Of a DNA stretch of 62,313 bases, positions 11,383-20,208 are shown in pieces (positions within the stretch are counted from its first letter, which is position 1; the number at the start of each line of letters is the position of its first letter). Made by a program: the position numbers and the translations under genes. Under the pieces are notes generated by a model, which was given only the letters and a program-made list of their open reading frames with translations, was not told the origin of the DNA and searched no databases. Source of the DNA: Patescibacteria group bacterium. Lineage in GTDB: Bacteria > Patescibacteriota > Minisyncoccia > JAHIHE01. The stretch lies in NCBI GenBank assembly GCA_018896765.1, contig JAHILZ010000061.1, positions 1 through 62,313 on the forward strand. Reading direction: 5' to 3'.

Positions 11383-11781
11383 TTATCTGTTTAAATAAGT
11401 GATTGCTAATTGCAAAACAGCCGCGAATAAAACCCAGATCAAATACGGAATTTGAATATACGCAATCCAGCGCGCGTGCGGATAAATAGCCGCCATCGCC
11501 CAAATAAGCGTGCCAAGAACAAGTAAAATATCAATGGCCGCGAGTAAATTGCTTTTTAGCCCGAATTGCAAAGCCGTAAAAGCCAGATTAAAAATTAAAT
11601 TTAGAATAAACGGCAAGGCAACCGCAAACCCGATTTGTTTTTTCCAAAAAAGCCAAAAAACCTTGCCGAAAGAAACAGCAATCAAAATATAGAGCGCTGT
11701 CCATACCGGCCCGAAAAGCCAGGAAGGCGGCGACCAGGAAGGCTTGATAAGTTGCTGATACCAATCATAAGCATCATTCAT
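11383..11781 (-). CDS. tspO: TspO/MBR family tryptophan-rich sensory protein
   Basis: 132 aa. WYQQLIKPSWSPPSWLFGPVWTALY plus multiple TM helices match the TspO signature. Confidence 0.75.
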   Translation of the reverse strand: MNDAYDWYQQLIKPSWSPPSWLFGPVWTALYILIAVSFGKVFWLFWKKQIGFAVALPFILNLIFNLAFTALQFGLKSNLLAAIDILLVLGTLIWAMAAIYPHARWIAYIQIPYLIWVLFAAVLQLAITYLNR

Positions 11782-11814
11782 AAAATTATTTTAATGTAAA
11801 AAATTTACGCATAA

Positions 11815-12363
11815 CTATTTATTCAAACAGCATTTTTTAAACTTCTTGCCGGATCCGCATAAACAAGAATCATTTCGCCCGGTCTTTGTTACCCGGCCAA
11901 CCGTTAATACCGGCTGGCCAATAATATCTCTTTTCAAAAAACTCTGGCATTCTTGCGCGGCTAAATTAATCCAAATTTTCAATTCCAAATCCGGCTTCTT
12001 CTCATATTCCTCAAGAATTTTATAAGCCTTGATGTTTCCGGCATGCGCCAAAATCATCAAAGCTCTTTTTTTGTCCTCCAAGCTCGCTTTTTGAGATAAT
12101 AAAACTTTGCCCGCCTTCTCAATTTCTTCCTTGGGCATATTTTCATAATAGCTCTTCGGCAATTTCTTATGGTATTCAATATACTCAACGGATGCTTTTC
12201 CCTCTTCGCTATTTGGATCGTCTACCATCATAATCGACCCGCTTAGTCCCCGGTTTTTCATCGCTCCAACTAAATCCGCCAGTTCCTCTTCTGAAAAATT
12301 GCCTCGATCCAAAACCCCTACTAACTCTTTTTCGGACAAATCATTGAAATTTTTATTGCTCAT
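11815..12363 (-). CDS. SEC-C motif domain protein
   Basis: 182 aa ending in GRNDSCLCGSGKKFKKCC (SEC-C metal-binding motif). Confidence 0.6.
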   Translation of the reverse strand: MSNKNFNDLSEKELVGVLDRGNFSEEELADLVGAMKNRGLSGSIMMVDDPNSEEGKASVEYIEYHKKLPKSYYENMPKEEIEKAGKVLLSQKASLEDKKRALMILAHAGNIKAYKILEEYEKKPDLELKIWINLAAQECQSFLKRDIIGQPVLTVGRVTKTGRNDSCLCGSGKKFKKCCLNK

Positions 12364-12536
12364 TATTTTAGAATTATTAAAATTAATTTTAAAATCAGCG
12401 CCAGCCGTTCTTGTTCTTCTATTCCATCCTCCGGCTGCGCGCTTATTTTTTATATTTTATATACTCTTCTATCGTCTCTTTGTAACTTTCGCCTAAATCC
12501 ATTTTCAGTCCTTCTTCCGGCAAAACCCAAACATAT

Positions 12537-12785
12537 TCATTTATTGTTTTTGATCATCTCCATTTTTTCTTTTCTTGATAATTTTTTGATTCTGGCCTCT
12601 TCTTTGGAAGCATTTGATCGATTGCGGAATTTTTTGGAATATGCCAGCTTGACCGGCCTTCGCGCTCTCGTGTATTTCGCGCCAAGATTTGAAAAATTAT
12701 GCTCCCATATTCTCCGCTTCAAATCGCGAGCTATGCCGGTATATAAAGTTATATCAGCGCATTTGAGAATGTAGAGATAATACAT
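12537..12785 (-). CDS. GIY-YIG nuclease family protein (small, stand-alone)
   Basis: 82 aa. YYLYIL...LYTGIARDLKRRIWEH... is typical of small GIY-YIG (URI) proteins. Confidence 0.8.
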   Translation of the reverse strand: MYYLYILKCADITLYTGIARDLKRRIWEHNFSNLGAKYTRARRPVKLAYSKKFRNRSNASKEEARIKKLSRKEKMEMIKNNK

Positions 12786-13560
12786 AATAAGCTTATTTTA
12801 TTTTTTAAATTACTTGCGAAGTCCGAGATATTTATTTTGTAGGTCTTTTGCAATCAACCAATTTTTAAGCTCAACGAATTCGCCATTATTTTTGATTATG
12901 CTTGAACAAGAATCAAAATGAAACCCGCTTAGCATTGCTACAAAAATCCAAGAAGGACGCTATCCGTTCTTTTGCTCATTTGCAAGTTTTTTCATACTTT
13001 CTTTATTAAATCATTTACACTAATTTTATCTTCCCGCACCCGCGCTAATTTTCCACCAAAAACCGCAAAAACCGCCTGTATCCATTCAGTAAAAGGTAAA
13101 TTCTGCCGATTTTTATCAAACTAAATTCGTTTATTTAATCTTACCCCAAAACCCGCTGAAAATCAATACAAAAAAGAACCCATTTAAAAAATAAATGGGT
13201 CAATAATTTTATTGTTCCGATATTACGTAAAATCCAATGGAAGCTTTTGCCCGTCCGCCACAACTATCTTGCTCATATATTTTTACATGTTCTTATAAAA
13301 GTCAATCTTTCAATTTTAGCCAAAAAATTTATAAAAATTTAGCTCTGCCTCAAAAATCCGCTGAAAATTAACCAAAAAATCCAAGTAGGACATTTCTGAT
13401 TCCCCTTTACGCAACCACGCAAAAATTGACAAATCTTCGGTCTTATGTTAATATTATTTTATGGCTTAAGTAAAAGCCATAAAATAATTAATAACGGATA
13501 ACATTAGATTTTTGCTTTTGTTATCAGTTATGGATTATTTGTTTTAAGTTATTTACATTT

Positions 13561-13908
13561 ATGCGTTTTATTTATCAAATATTAATAAACGCGATTGCCA
13601 TAAAAGCGGCTGCTTATTTCAAACTTATACCGGGATTTGAATTTACAGGAGACGCAATTTCGCTGCTTTGGGTTTCTTTCCTTTTAACAATAGTGAACTT
13701 CTTCTTGAAGCCTATTTTAAAATTACTATTTGGACCGCTTATTCTTCTGACCCTCGGACTTTTTACGATAGTAATCAACATGATTATCTTATATATCGTT
13801 GATTATTACACTCAAGAGCTCGCAATTGCCAATATGGAAGCTCTTTTCTGGGCAACCGTTCTTTTAGGGTTCGCTAATTTAATATATTCTTTAATTTACA
13901 AAAAATAA
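13561..13908 (+). CDS. Phage-holin-4/YvlD-like small membrane protein
   Basis: 115 aa with 3-4 TM segments. The pattern LKPILKLLFGPLILLTLGLF resembles the DUF360/holin superfamily IV. Confidence 0.5.
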   Translation: MRFIYQILINAIAIKAAAYFKLIPGFEFTGDAISLLWVSFLLTIVNFFLKPILKLLFGPLILLTLGLFTIVINMIILYIVDYYTQELAIANMEALFWATVLLGFANLIYSLIYKK

Positions 13909-13913
13909 TTGCC

Positions 13914-14138
13914 ATGAATCTACCGCAAATAATAGAAATATCGCAAATCGGCGTCTCAATATTGCTAATCATATCGATTCTTCTTCAAGCGCGCGGAGTC
14001 GGCCTTGGCTCGACTTTTGGCGGCGAGGGAAATTTTTATTTCACCAAGCGCGGCGCGGAAAAAACAATATTCATTCTTACCATAATCTTAGCCATTGCCT
14101 TTCTGGGATTGTCTTTTTACAGTTTAATGGTTCAATAA
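13914..14138 (+). CDS. secG: Preprotein translocase subunit SecG
   Basis: 74 aa with two TM segments. LLQARGVGLGSTFGG...F.KRG is typical of SecG. Confidence 0.75.
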   Translation: MNLPQIIEISQIGVSILLIISILLQARGVGLGSTFGGEGNFYFTKRGAEKTIFILTIILAIAFLGLSFYSLMVQ

Positions 14139-14289
14139 AAATCGCCATAAATGGTTCAGTCCCGAGCGCTCGGAACGCGCTATAAATAAATTCGCCATAA
14201 ATAGTAAAGTAAATCCCCTTTAAGGTTCCGGATATCCAAGACATTGCCGGTAAATCGATGGGAACAATCCGAAATATGCTTTCTAAAAC

Positions 14290-16242
14290 ATGATATCGCG
14301 CCAAACAACGGGGATAAAACTTATAAATATTTTTCGTTTTTTAAAAAATAAAAGGGGGGGGCTTCCGAATTTTAAATATCCGGACAATTTCTCCGCGCCT
14401 TCCCGCTTCGCCGAAGCGATAGCGAGGCGAGGCGGCAAAGGAAAACTTTCTTTTGCTTGGATGCTTATTAGAAAAACTTTTGCCGCTCTTGGCCGGGTGG
14501 AAAAAACATTGGTTTTTTTGCTGCTTTTAGCTTTGCTGGCCTCTAGCGCCAAGCTGACATATAATTTTTGGCTCGCGAGGACAATTTTAGTTCCGACGAA
14601 CGGCGGAACATTAACAGAAGGCATTATCGGCAATCCGCGCTATATTAACCCTCTTTTTTCTCAAGCCAAAGACGCCGATACGGATTTGGCAAAACTTATT
14701 TTTTCATCTTTATTCACTCCCGGCCAAAACGGAGAAATAAAACCGGACCTGGTCCAAGAGTACGATATTTCCGAAGATAAAAAAACTTACACTATAAAAA
14801 TTAAAAACAATGTATTTTGGCACGATCACGAAAACGATCAGCTAACCCAGGAAAGCGACAAAATTTTAACTGCCGATGATATTTTGTATACTATCAAAGC
14901 GATTCAAAACCCAAATTATAAAAGCTCTCTTAGGGGAAATTTGGCGGGCGTTGAAAGCGAAAAAATTGATGACTGGACGATAAAATTATCTCTAAGGTCG
15001 CCATACGAGCCATTCTTGCAAAATCTTACTTTTGGAATCCTGCCAAGCCATATTTGGCGATATATTAATTCCGAAAATACTCCTTTAGCCCAATACAATG
15101 TTCAACCGATCGGTTCGGGACCTTATATTTTCGACACTTTAACAAAAGACGCGAACGGAAATATCGTTTCTTTGACGCTTAAAAAAAATAATGAATATTA
15201 CGGCGAAAAGCCCTTGATCGAAAAACTTGCCTTTAAATTCTTTGATAACCAAAATTCCCTTCTCGCCGCCATAAATAGCGGACTAATCGACGCGACTGCT
15301 TATATTAGCGAAGAAAAAGAAGCGGAAATCGCAAGGCCGGATATCAAAAAATACAATTTTAAAACTCCGGGATATTTCGCGGTATTTTTTAACCAAGAAA
15401 AAGCGAAAATTTTAACCGAAAAAAATGTCCGCCTTGCTATCAATTACCTGACCGACAAAGACAAGCTTATAAGCGCCGCTTTAAAAAATAACGGCCAAAA
15501 AACCGAAACGCCTTTGCCCCCTACCTTGAAAGAGTACAATACCCAAACTAAAGTATATGCTTTTGACCTGCCTTATGCCAATACGATCTTGACTAACTCC
15601 GGCTGGGCGCTTGGAGAAAATGGCGCGCGAACAAAAGAATTTAAAAAAGAAACTGTTCCGCCGCCGATAGGAAGCAATATAAAAATAAAAGAAGAAAAAG
15701 AAAATATTCCGCTGGAATTCACTCTAACCACGTCGGATTCTCCGGAACTGAAAAAATCGGCCGAAGTCCTGAAAGAACAATGGCAAAAAGGCGGAATAAA
15801 TGTCCGTCTTAATATTCTGAACGCGGACGAAATGCAGTCGGTGATCAGAAACAGAGATTACGAAGCGCTGCTTTTCGGAGAAATACTGAGCGTCACGCCC
15901 GATCCTTTTATTTTCTGGCATTCTTCGGAAATAAAAGCCCCGGGATTAAACCTGGCTCTTTACTCAAATAAAGACACGGACAAAATACTGGAAGAATTGC
16001 GGCAAACATTCGATGCCGGCAAAAAAATGGAATTATTGGCCGCCTTCCAAGCGCAAATTGTCGATGACGCGCCGGCGGTTTTCCTTTTTAACCGATATTT
16101 GGGCTACTGGGCAAAAACCAGCATTGAAGGAATGGAGACAAAAATCATAGTTCTCCCGGCCGACAGGTTCGCAAGCGTTAAAACATGGTCGCTTGTGAAA
16201 AAAAGAATCTGGGACGGCAAATGGAAATTTTTGAATTTTTAG
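14290..16242 (+). CDS. ABC transporter substrate-binding protein, family 5 (peptide/nickel type)
   Basis: 650 aa. N-terminal anchor followed by GGTLTEGIIGNPRYINPLF, with SBP_bac_5-like architecture throughout. The true start is uncertain; an alternative Met is at about 14461. Confidence 0.8.
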   Translation: MISRQTTGIKLINIFRFLKNKRGGLPNFKYPDNFSAPSRFAEAIARRGGKGKLSFAWMLIRKTFAALGRVEKTLVFLLLLALLASSAKLTYNFWLARTILVPTNGGTLTEGIIGNPRYINPLFSQAKDADTDLAKLIFSSLFTPGQNGEIKPDLVQEYDISEDKKTYTIKIKNNVFWHDHENDQLTQESDKILTADDILYTIKAIQNPNYKSSLRGNLAGVESEKIDDWTIKLSLRSPYEPFLQNLTFGILPSHIWRYINSENTPLAQYNVQPIGSGPYIFDTLTKDANGNIVSLTLKKNNEYYGEKPLIEKLAFKFFDNQNSLLAAINSGLIDATAYISEEKEAEIARPDIKKYNFKTPGYFAVFFNQEKAKILTEKNVRLAINYLTDKDKLISAALKNNGQKTETPLPPTLKEYNTQTKVYAFDLPYANTILTNSGWALGENGARTKEFKKETVPPPIGSNIKIKEEKENIPLEFTLTTSDSPELKKSAEVLKEQWQKGGINVRLNILNADEMQSVIRNRDYEALLFGEILSVTPDPFIFWHSSEIKAPGLNLALYSNKDTDKILEELRQTFDAGKKMELLAAFQAQIVDDAPAVFLFNRYLGYWAKTSIEGMETKIIVLPADRFASVKTWSLVKKRIWDGKWKFLNF

Positions 16243-16254
16243 ATAAAACTCTTT

Positions 16255-16291
16255 CTGTCATTGCGAGGAGCCGAAACGACGAAGCAATCTC
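16255..16291. repeat. Single GTCATT-hairpin unit (family C)
   Basis: CTGTCATTGCGAGGAGCCGAAACGACGAAGCAATCTC, with ATTGC/GCAAT closing pairs. It has the same base as the units at 34546, 45901, 46269 and 48234. Confidence 0.5.
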
Positions 16292-16379
16292 TCTCAAACG
16301 CGAGACGCCGCAAACTTTTATTTTTCCCCAATAAAAAAACTCCGGAAAATTAATTCCAAATATGCTTTTAAAAGCATAT

Positions 16380-16784
16380 TTAAAAAATATCTATGATTTT
16401 TCCTCCCATAACTGCTATTGTTTTGCCTTCCACAATTGACAGAAGAGACAAAACACTCGTCAAATCGCCGCGCGCAATTCTATAATATTGAGGAATTGCC
16501 CGATTTTTACCGGGATAAGTGCCAAGTAATACTAATACTGCCCTTACTCCATAGAAATCTCCAAAGAAATAACCATATTCGTTGATGGTCGCAGGCCTTC
16601 TTAAATAAAAAGTTGCGCTAGAAGGCGACATTTCAGAAGATATTTCTAAAATTGGATTAATTAGAACAATATGTTGCCCATCCTCAGTTTCTGAAATATC
16701 TTTCGGCAAACCATTATTCTTTCCCATTATATTCACCTTTTCTCCTTTGCTCCAAATAAATATTCCAGGCTTATTAATTCTCAT
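16380..16784 (-). CDS. Hypothetical protein
   Basis: 134-aa ORF with no competing ORF and no recognisable motif. Confidence 0.35.
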   Translation of the reverse strand: MRINKPGIFIWSKGEKVNIMGKNNGLPKDISETEDGQHIVLINPILEISSEMSPSSATFYLRRPATINEYGYFFGDFYGVRAVLVLLGTYPGKNRAIPQYYRIARGDLTSVLSLLSIVEGKTIAVMGGKIIDIF

Positions 16785-16858
16785 ATTTTATTTAAAGAGC
16801 TATCCATAGTCTAAACTAAACTTTTAAAAAAATCAAGGGCGAGTGGCGGAAATATTTT

Positions 16859-16942
16859 GCCGGAGTGGTGAAATTGGCAAACACGCAGCGTTCAGGGCGC
16901 TGTGGGATTTATCCCTTGGAGGTTCAAGTCCTCTCTCCGGCA
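16859..16942 (+). tRNA. tRNA-Leu (anticodon CAG), type II long variable arm
   Basis: Acceptor GCCGGAG/CTCCGGC. Anticodon arm CAGCG-TTCAGGG-CGCTG. Long variable arm TGGGATTTATCCCTT. T-loop TTCAAGT. Discriminator A. CCA is not encoded. Confidence 0.9.
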
Positions 16943-17149
16943 CAAAATTTAATAAATTTACAATTTCGAATTTTGAATTTCAAATGAATTTTTAATAATA
17001 TAATTTTGAAACAAAAATACTTAACATTAAGTTTCAAAATTAAAAATTCGAGTTTGAATCAAAATTCATAATTTAAAATTCAAAATTAACTAAATCTTTC
17101 TTTCGTAGTAATCTGAGACTCTGAAAGAAAAAATAACAAACTTAAACAC

Positions 17150-18949
17150 ATGATGATTCAAAAAAGATTTCAGCGGCCCGTTTCGGCTATTAAAAGCCAT
17201 TTCGCGCCCGCCAAACAACCTAATGCAGCTTTTAAACAAACTCCGATGCCCGCGAGACAGCCGATTTCCCGCTATCCCGCGAGCAACATCCCTGTCCGAA
17301 TAATTCCTTTGGGCGGCCTTGAAGAAGTCGGGCGCAATATGACTGCTTTTGAATATGGCAGCGATATAATTATTATCGATATGGGCTTGCAGTTCCCTGA
17401 GGAAGACATGCCCGGCATCGATTATATCATTCCGGATATTTCTTACTTCAAAGGAAAAGAAAAAAATATAAGAGGAGTGATCATTACGCATGGCCACTAT
17501 GACCATATCGGCGCTATTCCTCATTTAATCAGGCCGCTGGGAAACCCGCCTATTTTTGCCACTCCTTTGACAATCGGCATTATTAAAAAAAGAGAAGAAG
17601 ATTATCCCGACCATATTAAGCTCAATCTTCATATGGTAAACAAAAACGACAAAATTGACCTGGGAAAATTTCATATTGAATTTTTCCATATCAATCACAA
17701 TATTCCCGACGGAATCGGAATCGCCATATTTACTCCGGCCGGGCTAATTCTATATACCGGAGATTTTAAATTCGACTTTTCGCCGGTCAATGACGCGCCG
17801 GCCGATATCGGCAGAATCGCCGAACTGGGAAAACGAGGCGTATCGCTTCTGATGAGCGATTCAACTGACGCGGAAACTCCCGGACACTCGGTCAGCGAGC
17901 AAACAATCATAGAAACTTTGGGCCGCATTTTCGAAAATGCCAAAGGAAGAATTATTGCCGTTACTTTTTCTTCGCTTATCTCGAGAATCCAGCATATCAT
18001 TACCTTGGCTGAACGGCATGGAAGAAAAGTGGCTCTGGACGGATACTCTCTAAAAACCAATCTCGAAATCGCCAAACAGCTATCCTATGTCCATATTAAA
18101 AAAGGGACCCTTATCAAAATACAAGACGTAAATAAATATCCGAGCAATCAAGTGGTGGTAATCGGCACCGGCGCGCAAGGGGAAAGCAATGCCATGCTAA
18201 TGCGAATCGCCAATCATGAGCACCGCAGCGTCAACATACAAAAAGGCGATACGATAATCTTTTCCTCTTCCGTAGTTCCGGGAAACGAAAGAACCGTCCA
18301 AGGATTAAAAGATACTCTCTGCCGCCAAGGCGCGAAAATTATCCATTACAAAATGATGGACGTCCATGCCGGCGGACATGCTTACAGAGAAGACTTAAAA
18401 ATGATGATAAATCTTGCTCACCCGAATTTTTTCATCCCTATCCATGGCAATTACTATATGAGAAAAATCCACAGCGAACTGGCGGAATTAACCGGCATCA
18501 ACCCGCAAAATATTATCATTCCCGATAATGGCAACGTTGTCGAACTCACCCCGAAAAGCATCCGCCTGACAAAAGAAAAAGTTCCAACCAACTATATTAT
18601 GGTAGACGGATTGGGAGTGGGGGATGTCGGAGAAATAGTGCTTCGCGACCGCCAAGCGATGGCCAAAGACGGAATATTCACGATTATCGTCATTGTGGAC
18701 AGCAAAACCAAAAAAATCTTGGGAGAGCCGGATATAATTTCCCGAGGTTTTATCTATATGAAAGAATCCGCAGATCTTCTGAATGAAACAAAAAAGAAAG
18801 TTCGAGACGTCGTTACTTTAAAAACCCAAGCCGAAGGGCCGATTAATTGGGCGTATGTCAGAAACAACCTGCGCGATATTATCGGAGAATTCTTATACGC
18901 TAAAACGCAAAGAAGACCCCTGGTATTGCCAATGATAATTGAAGTGTAG
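17150..18949 (+). CDS. rnj: Ribonuclease J
   Basis: 599 aa. Metallo-beta-lactamase HGHYDHIGAIP, beta-CASP region and the RNase J C-terminal domain. The start codon is uncertain within the first 30 codons. Confidence 0.9.
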   Translation: MMIQKRFQRPVSAIKSHFAPAKQPNAAFKQTPMPARQPISRYPASNIPVRIIPLGGLEEVGRNMTAFEYGSDIIIIDMGLQFPEEDMPGIDYIIPDISYFKGKEKNIRGVIITHGHYDHIGAIPHLIRPLGNPPIFATPLTIGIIKKREEDYPDHIKLNLHMVNKNDKIDLGKFHIEFFHINHNIPDGIGIAIFTPAGLILYTGDFKFDFSPVNDAPADIGRIAELGKRGVSLLMSDSTDAETPGHSVSEQTIIETLGRIFENAKGRIIAVTFSSLISRIQHIITLAERHGRKVALDGYSLKTNLEIAKQLSYVHIKKGTLIKIQDVNKYPSNQVVVIGTGAQGESNAMLMRIANHEHRSVNIQKGDTIIFSSSVVPGNERTVQGLKDTLCRQGAKIIHYKMMDVHAGGHAYREDLKMMINLAHPNFFIPIHGNYYMRKIHSELAELTGINPQNIIIPDNGNVVELTPKSIRLTKEKVPTNYIMVDGLGVGDVGEIVLRDRQAMAKDGIFTIIVIVDSKTKKILGEPDIISRGFIYMKESADLLNETKKKVRDVVTLKTQAEGPINWAYVRNNLRDIIGEFLYAKTQRRPLVLPMIIEV

Positions 18950-18967
18950 TAGAATTAGGGTAAAGGC

Positions 18968-19083
18968 TTAAAATTTTGAATTTCCAATTTTGAATTTTGA
19001 TTAAATTTTGAATGTTTGAATGTTTCAAAATTAAATCATTATGTCATTCATTCGAAATTCAGAATTCGAAATTAGAAATTATT
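18968..19083 (+). repeat. AT-rich leader repeat (family A), well-conserved copy
   Basis: Reverse complement of the copies at 35425-35538 and 60006-60127. It ends 14 nt before the ATG at 19097. Confidence 0.7.
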
Positions 19084-19096
19084 AAATAAAGCGCTT

Positions 19097-19351
19097 ATGC
19101 TCTATCTCCTTATCCTCATCCTTCCCTTATTAATTTACACGGTATTGTCCGCAATAATATTATTTCATTTGAAAAAATACGGAATTGCCGGAGATTTTAC
19201 GCGGCAAATAATTATCTTATTTTTTATGGTTTCCGTAATTCTGATTTTCTTTACCGCCTTAAGCTTTTTTAATATTCCATGGGATGAATTAAATTTAGCC
19301 GATATGCTTCAAAATACGCGAAACGATAATCCCTATTTTTATCAGCCGTAA
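19097..19351 (+). CDS. Small membrane protein
   Basis: 84 aa with two predicted TM helices; 19 nt upstream of the next ORF. Confidence 0.4.
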   Translation: MLYLLILILPLLIYTVLSAIILFHLKKYGIAGDFTRQIIILFFMVSVILIFFTALSFFNIPWDELNLADMLQNTRNDNPYFYQP

Positions 19352-19370
19352 AATATTTTACTTTAAAAAT

Positions 19371-19943
19371 ATGAGCATAACAACAATCGTTAATCCCGAA
19401 GAAACAAAAAAAATCACTTTCCCCGGACAATACGAAAACGAGCAAATTCTTTTAGTCAAGCGCCGCCATTGGATAGTTCTTGCGGGATTTATCCTCATGA
19501 TCGCTTTATTAATTTTAGTTCCTATTTTTGTTTATTTTTTTCTGCCTCTGGTCTTTGAGATCCCGAATGCCGAAATTTTTAATAAATTATTTTTATTTAT
19601 CACCTGCCTTTATTATCTATTCCTCTCTGTCATGTCTTTTTTTATGATCATTGATTACTATCTTGATATTTGGATAATTACAAGCCAAAGAATTCTTTCC
19701 GTAGAGCAAAAGGGGCTTTTCCATCGAATTGTTGTTGAAGTAAGATACAGCCAAATTCAGGACATCACTAGCGTTGTTCCCGGCCTTGTTGCCACCTATT
19801 TCCAATTCGGGAATATAAATATCCAAACCGCCGCCGAAAAAGAAAGAATGATGCTGAAACAAATCACCCATCCGGTAGAAACCCGCCGCGTAATCTCTGA
19901 TGCCTATCATAAAGAAATGGAAAAAACGGAAGAAAAAAAATAA
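19371..19943 (+). CDS. Membrane protein with bacterial PH (YdbT/bPH_2-like) domain
   Basis: 190 aa. Two TM helices, then ...RILSVEQKGLFHRIVVEVRYSQIQDITS...NINIQTAA, reminiscent of bPH_2. Confidence 0.5.
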   Translation: MSITTIVNPEETKKITFPGQYENEQILLVKRRHWIVLAGFILMIALLILVPIFVYFFLPLVFEIPNAEIFNKLFLFITCLYYLFLSVMSFFMIIDYYLDIWIITSQRILSVEQKGLFHRIVVEVRYSQIQDITSVVPGLVATYFQFGNINIQTAAEKERMMLKQITHPVETRRVISDAYHKEMEKTEEKK

Positions 19944-20002
19944 AAGTTTAATAACCGAATTCCTTCATAAATCATTCATTCAAATTTATTATATTACAAC
20001 TA

Positions 20003-20030
20003 TTGACAAAACTATTGCTTATAGTATAAT
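20003..20030 (+). promoter_or_regulatory. Sigma-70-type promoter for the Cys-rich mini-ORF
   Basis: TTGACA (20003-20008), 16-nt spacer, TATAAT (20025-20030). The ATG is 13 nt after the -10 element, which implies a leaderless or very short-leader mRNA. Confidence 0.5.
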
Positions 20031-20042
20031 GAGGTTAATCAT

Positions 20043-20141
20043 ATGACAACTATTAATCAAACAAAATTAATTGCCAATACTGCCTGCGCTTGTTGCTGCG
20101 CCGCTATTAAGTCCGGGCAAGTTTTTGTTTTGAGAAAATAA
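20043..20141 (+). CDS. 32-codon Cys-rich mini-ORF (candidate leader peptide or small peptide)
   Basis: MTTINQTKLIANTACACCCAAIKSGQVFVLRK. Four Cys codons lie in 20085-20099. It is flanked by a consensus promoter and a terminator-like hairpin, and is below the ORF-track cutoff. Confidence 0.45.
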   Translation: MTTINQTKLIANTACACCCAAIKSGQVFVLRK

Positions 20142-20168
20142 GTTTTAGATCATATTATTTTTATCAGA

Positions 20169-20197
20169 CTGCCCGGCAAAAGGCGGTTTTTTGTTTT
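20169..20197 (+). terminator. Terminator-like hairpin between mini-ORF and tRNA-Cys
   Basis: CTGCC (20169-73) pairs with GGCGG (20182-86), including one G-U pair, around an 8-nt loop, followed by TTTTTTGTTTT. The 5' arm can alternatively pair with 20113-20119. Confidence 0.45.
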
Positions 20198-20208
20198 ATC
20201 ATTATTAT

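Noticed and set aside
11165-11503. 112-aa minus-strand ORF spanning the tspO 3' end and the SDR remnant
   Set aside because: It overlaps tspO out of frame and runs antisense to the SDR stub. It has no motif support.
14283-14633. 116-aa minus-strand ORF opposite the start of the solute-binding protein gene
   Set aside because: It is antisense to the better-supported + strand CDS.
16843-16858. GGGCGAGTGGCGGAAAT just upstream of tRNA-Leu resembles a tRNA 5' acceptor/D-arm fragment (possible att-type duplication)
   Set aside because: It is only about 17 nt and lies on the 5' rather than the 3' side of the tRNA. No integrase or matching distal repeat was found.
16950-17095. Considered whether the AAATTCAAAATT/GAATTCGAAATT-rich intergenic tracts are CRISPR arrays
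   Set aside because: There is no regular repeat-spacer periodicity, the units are short and degenerate, and no cas genes are present. They align to each other as whole elements of about 115 nt instead.
17090-17524. 144-aa minus-strand ORF overlapping the RNase J start
   Set aside because: It is antisense to a well-supported CDS and extends into the AT-rich repeat.
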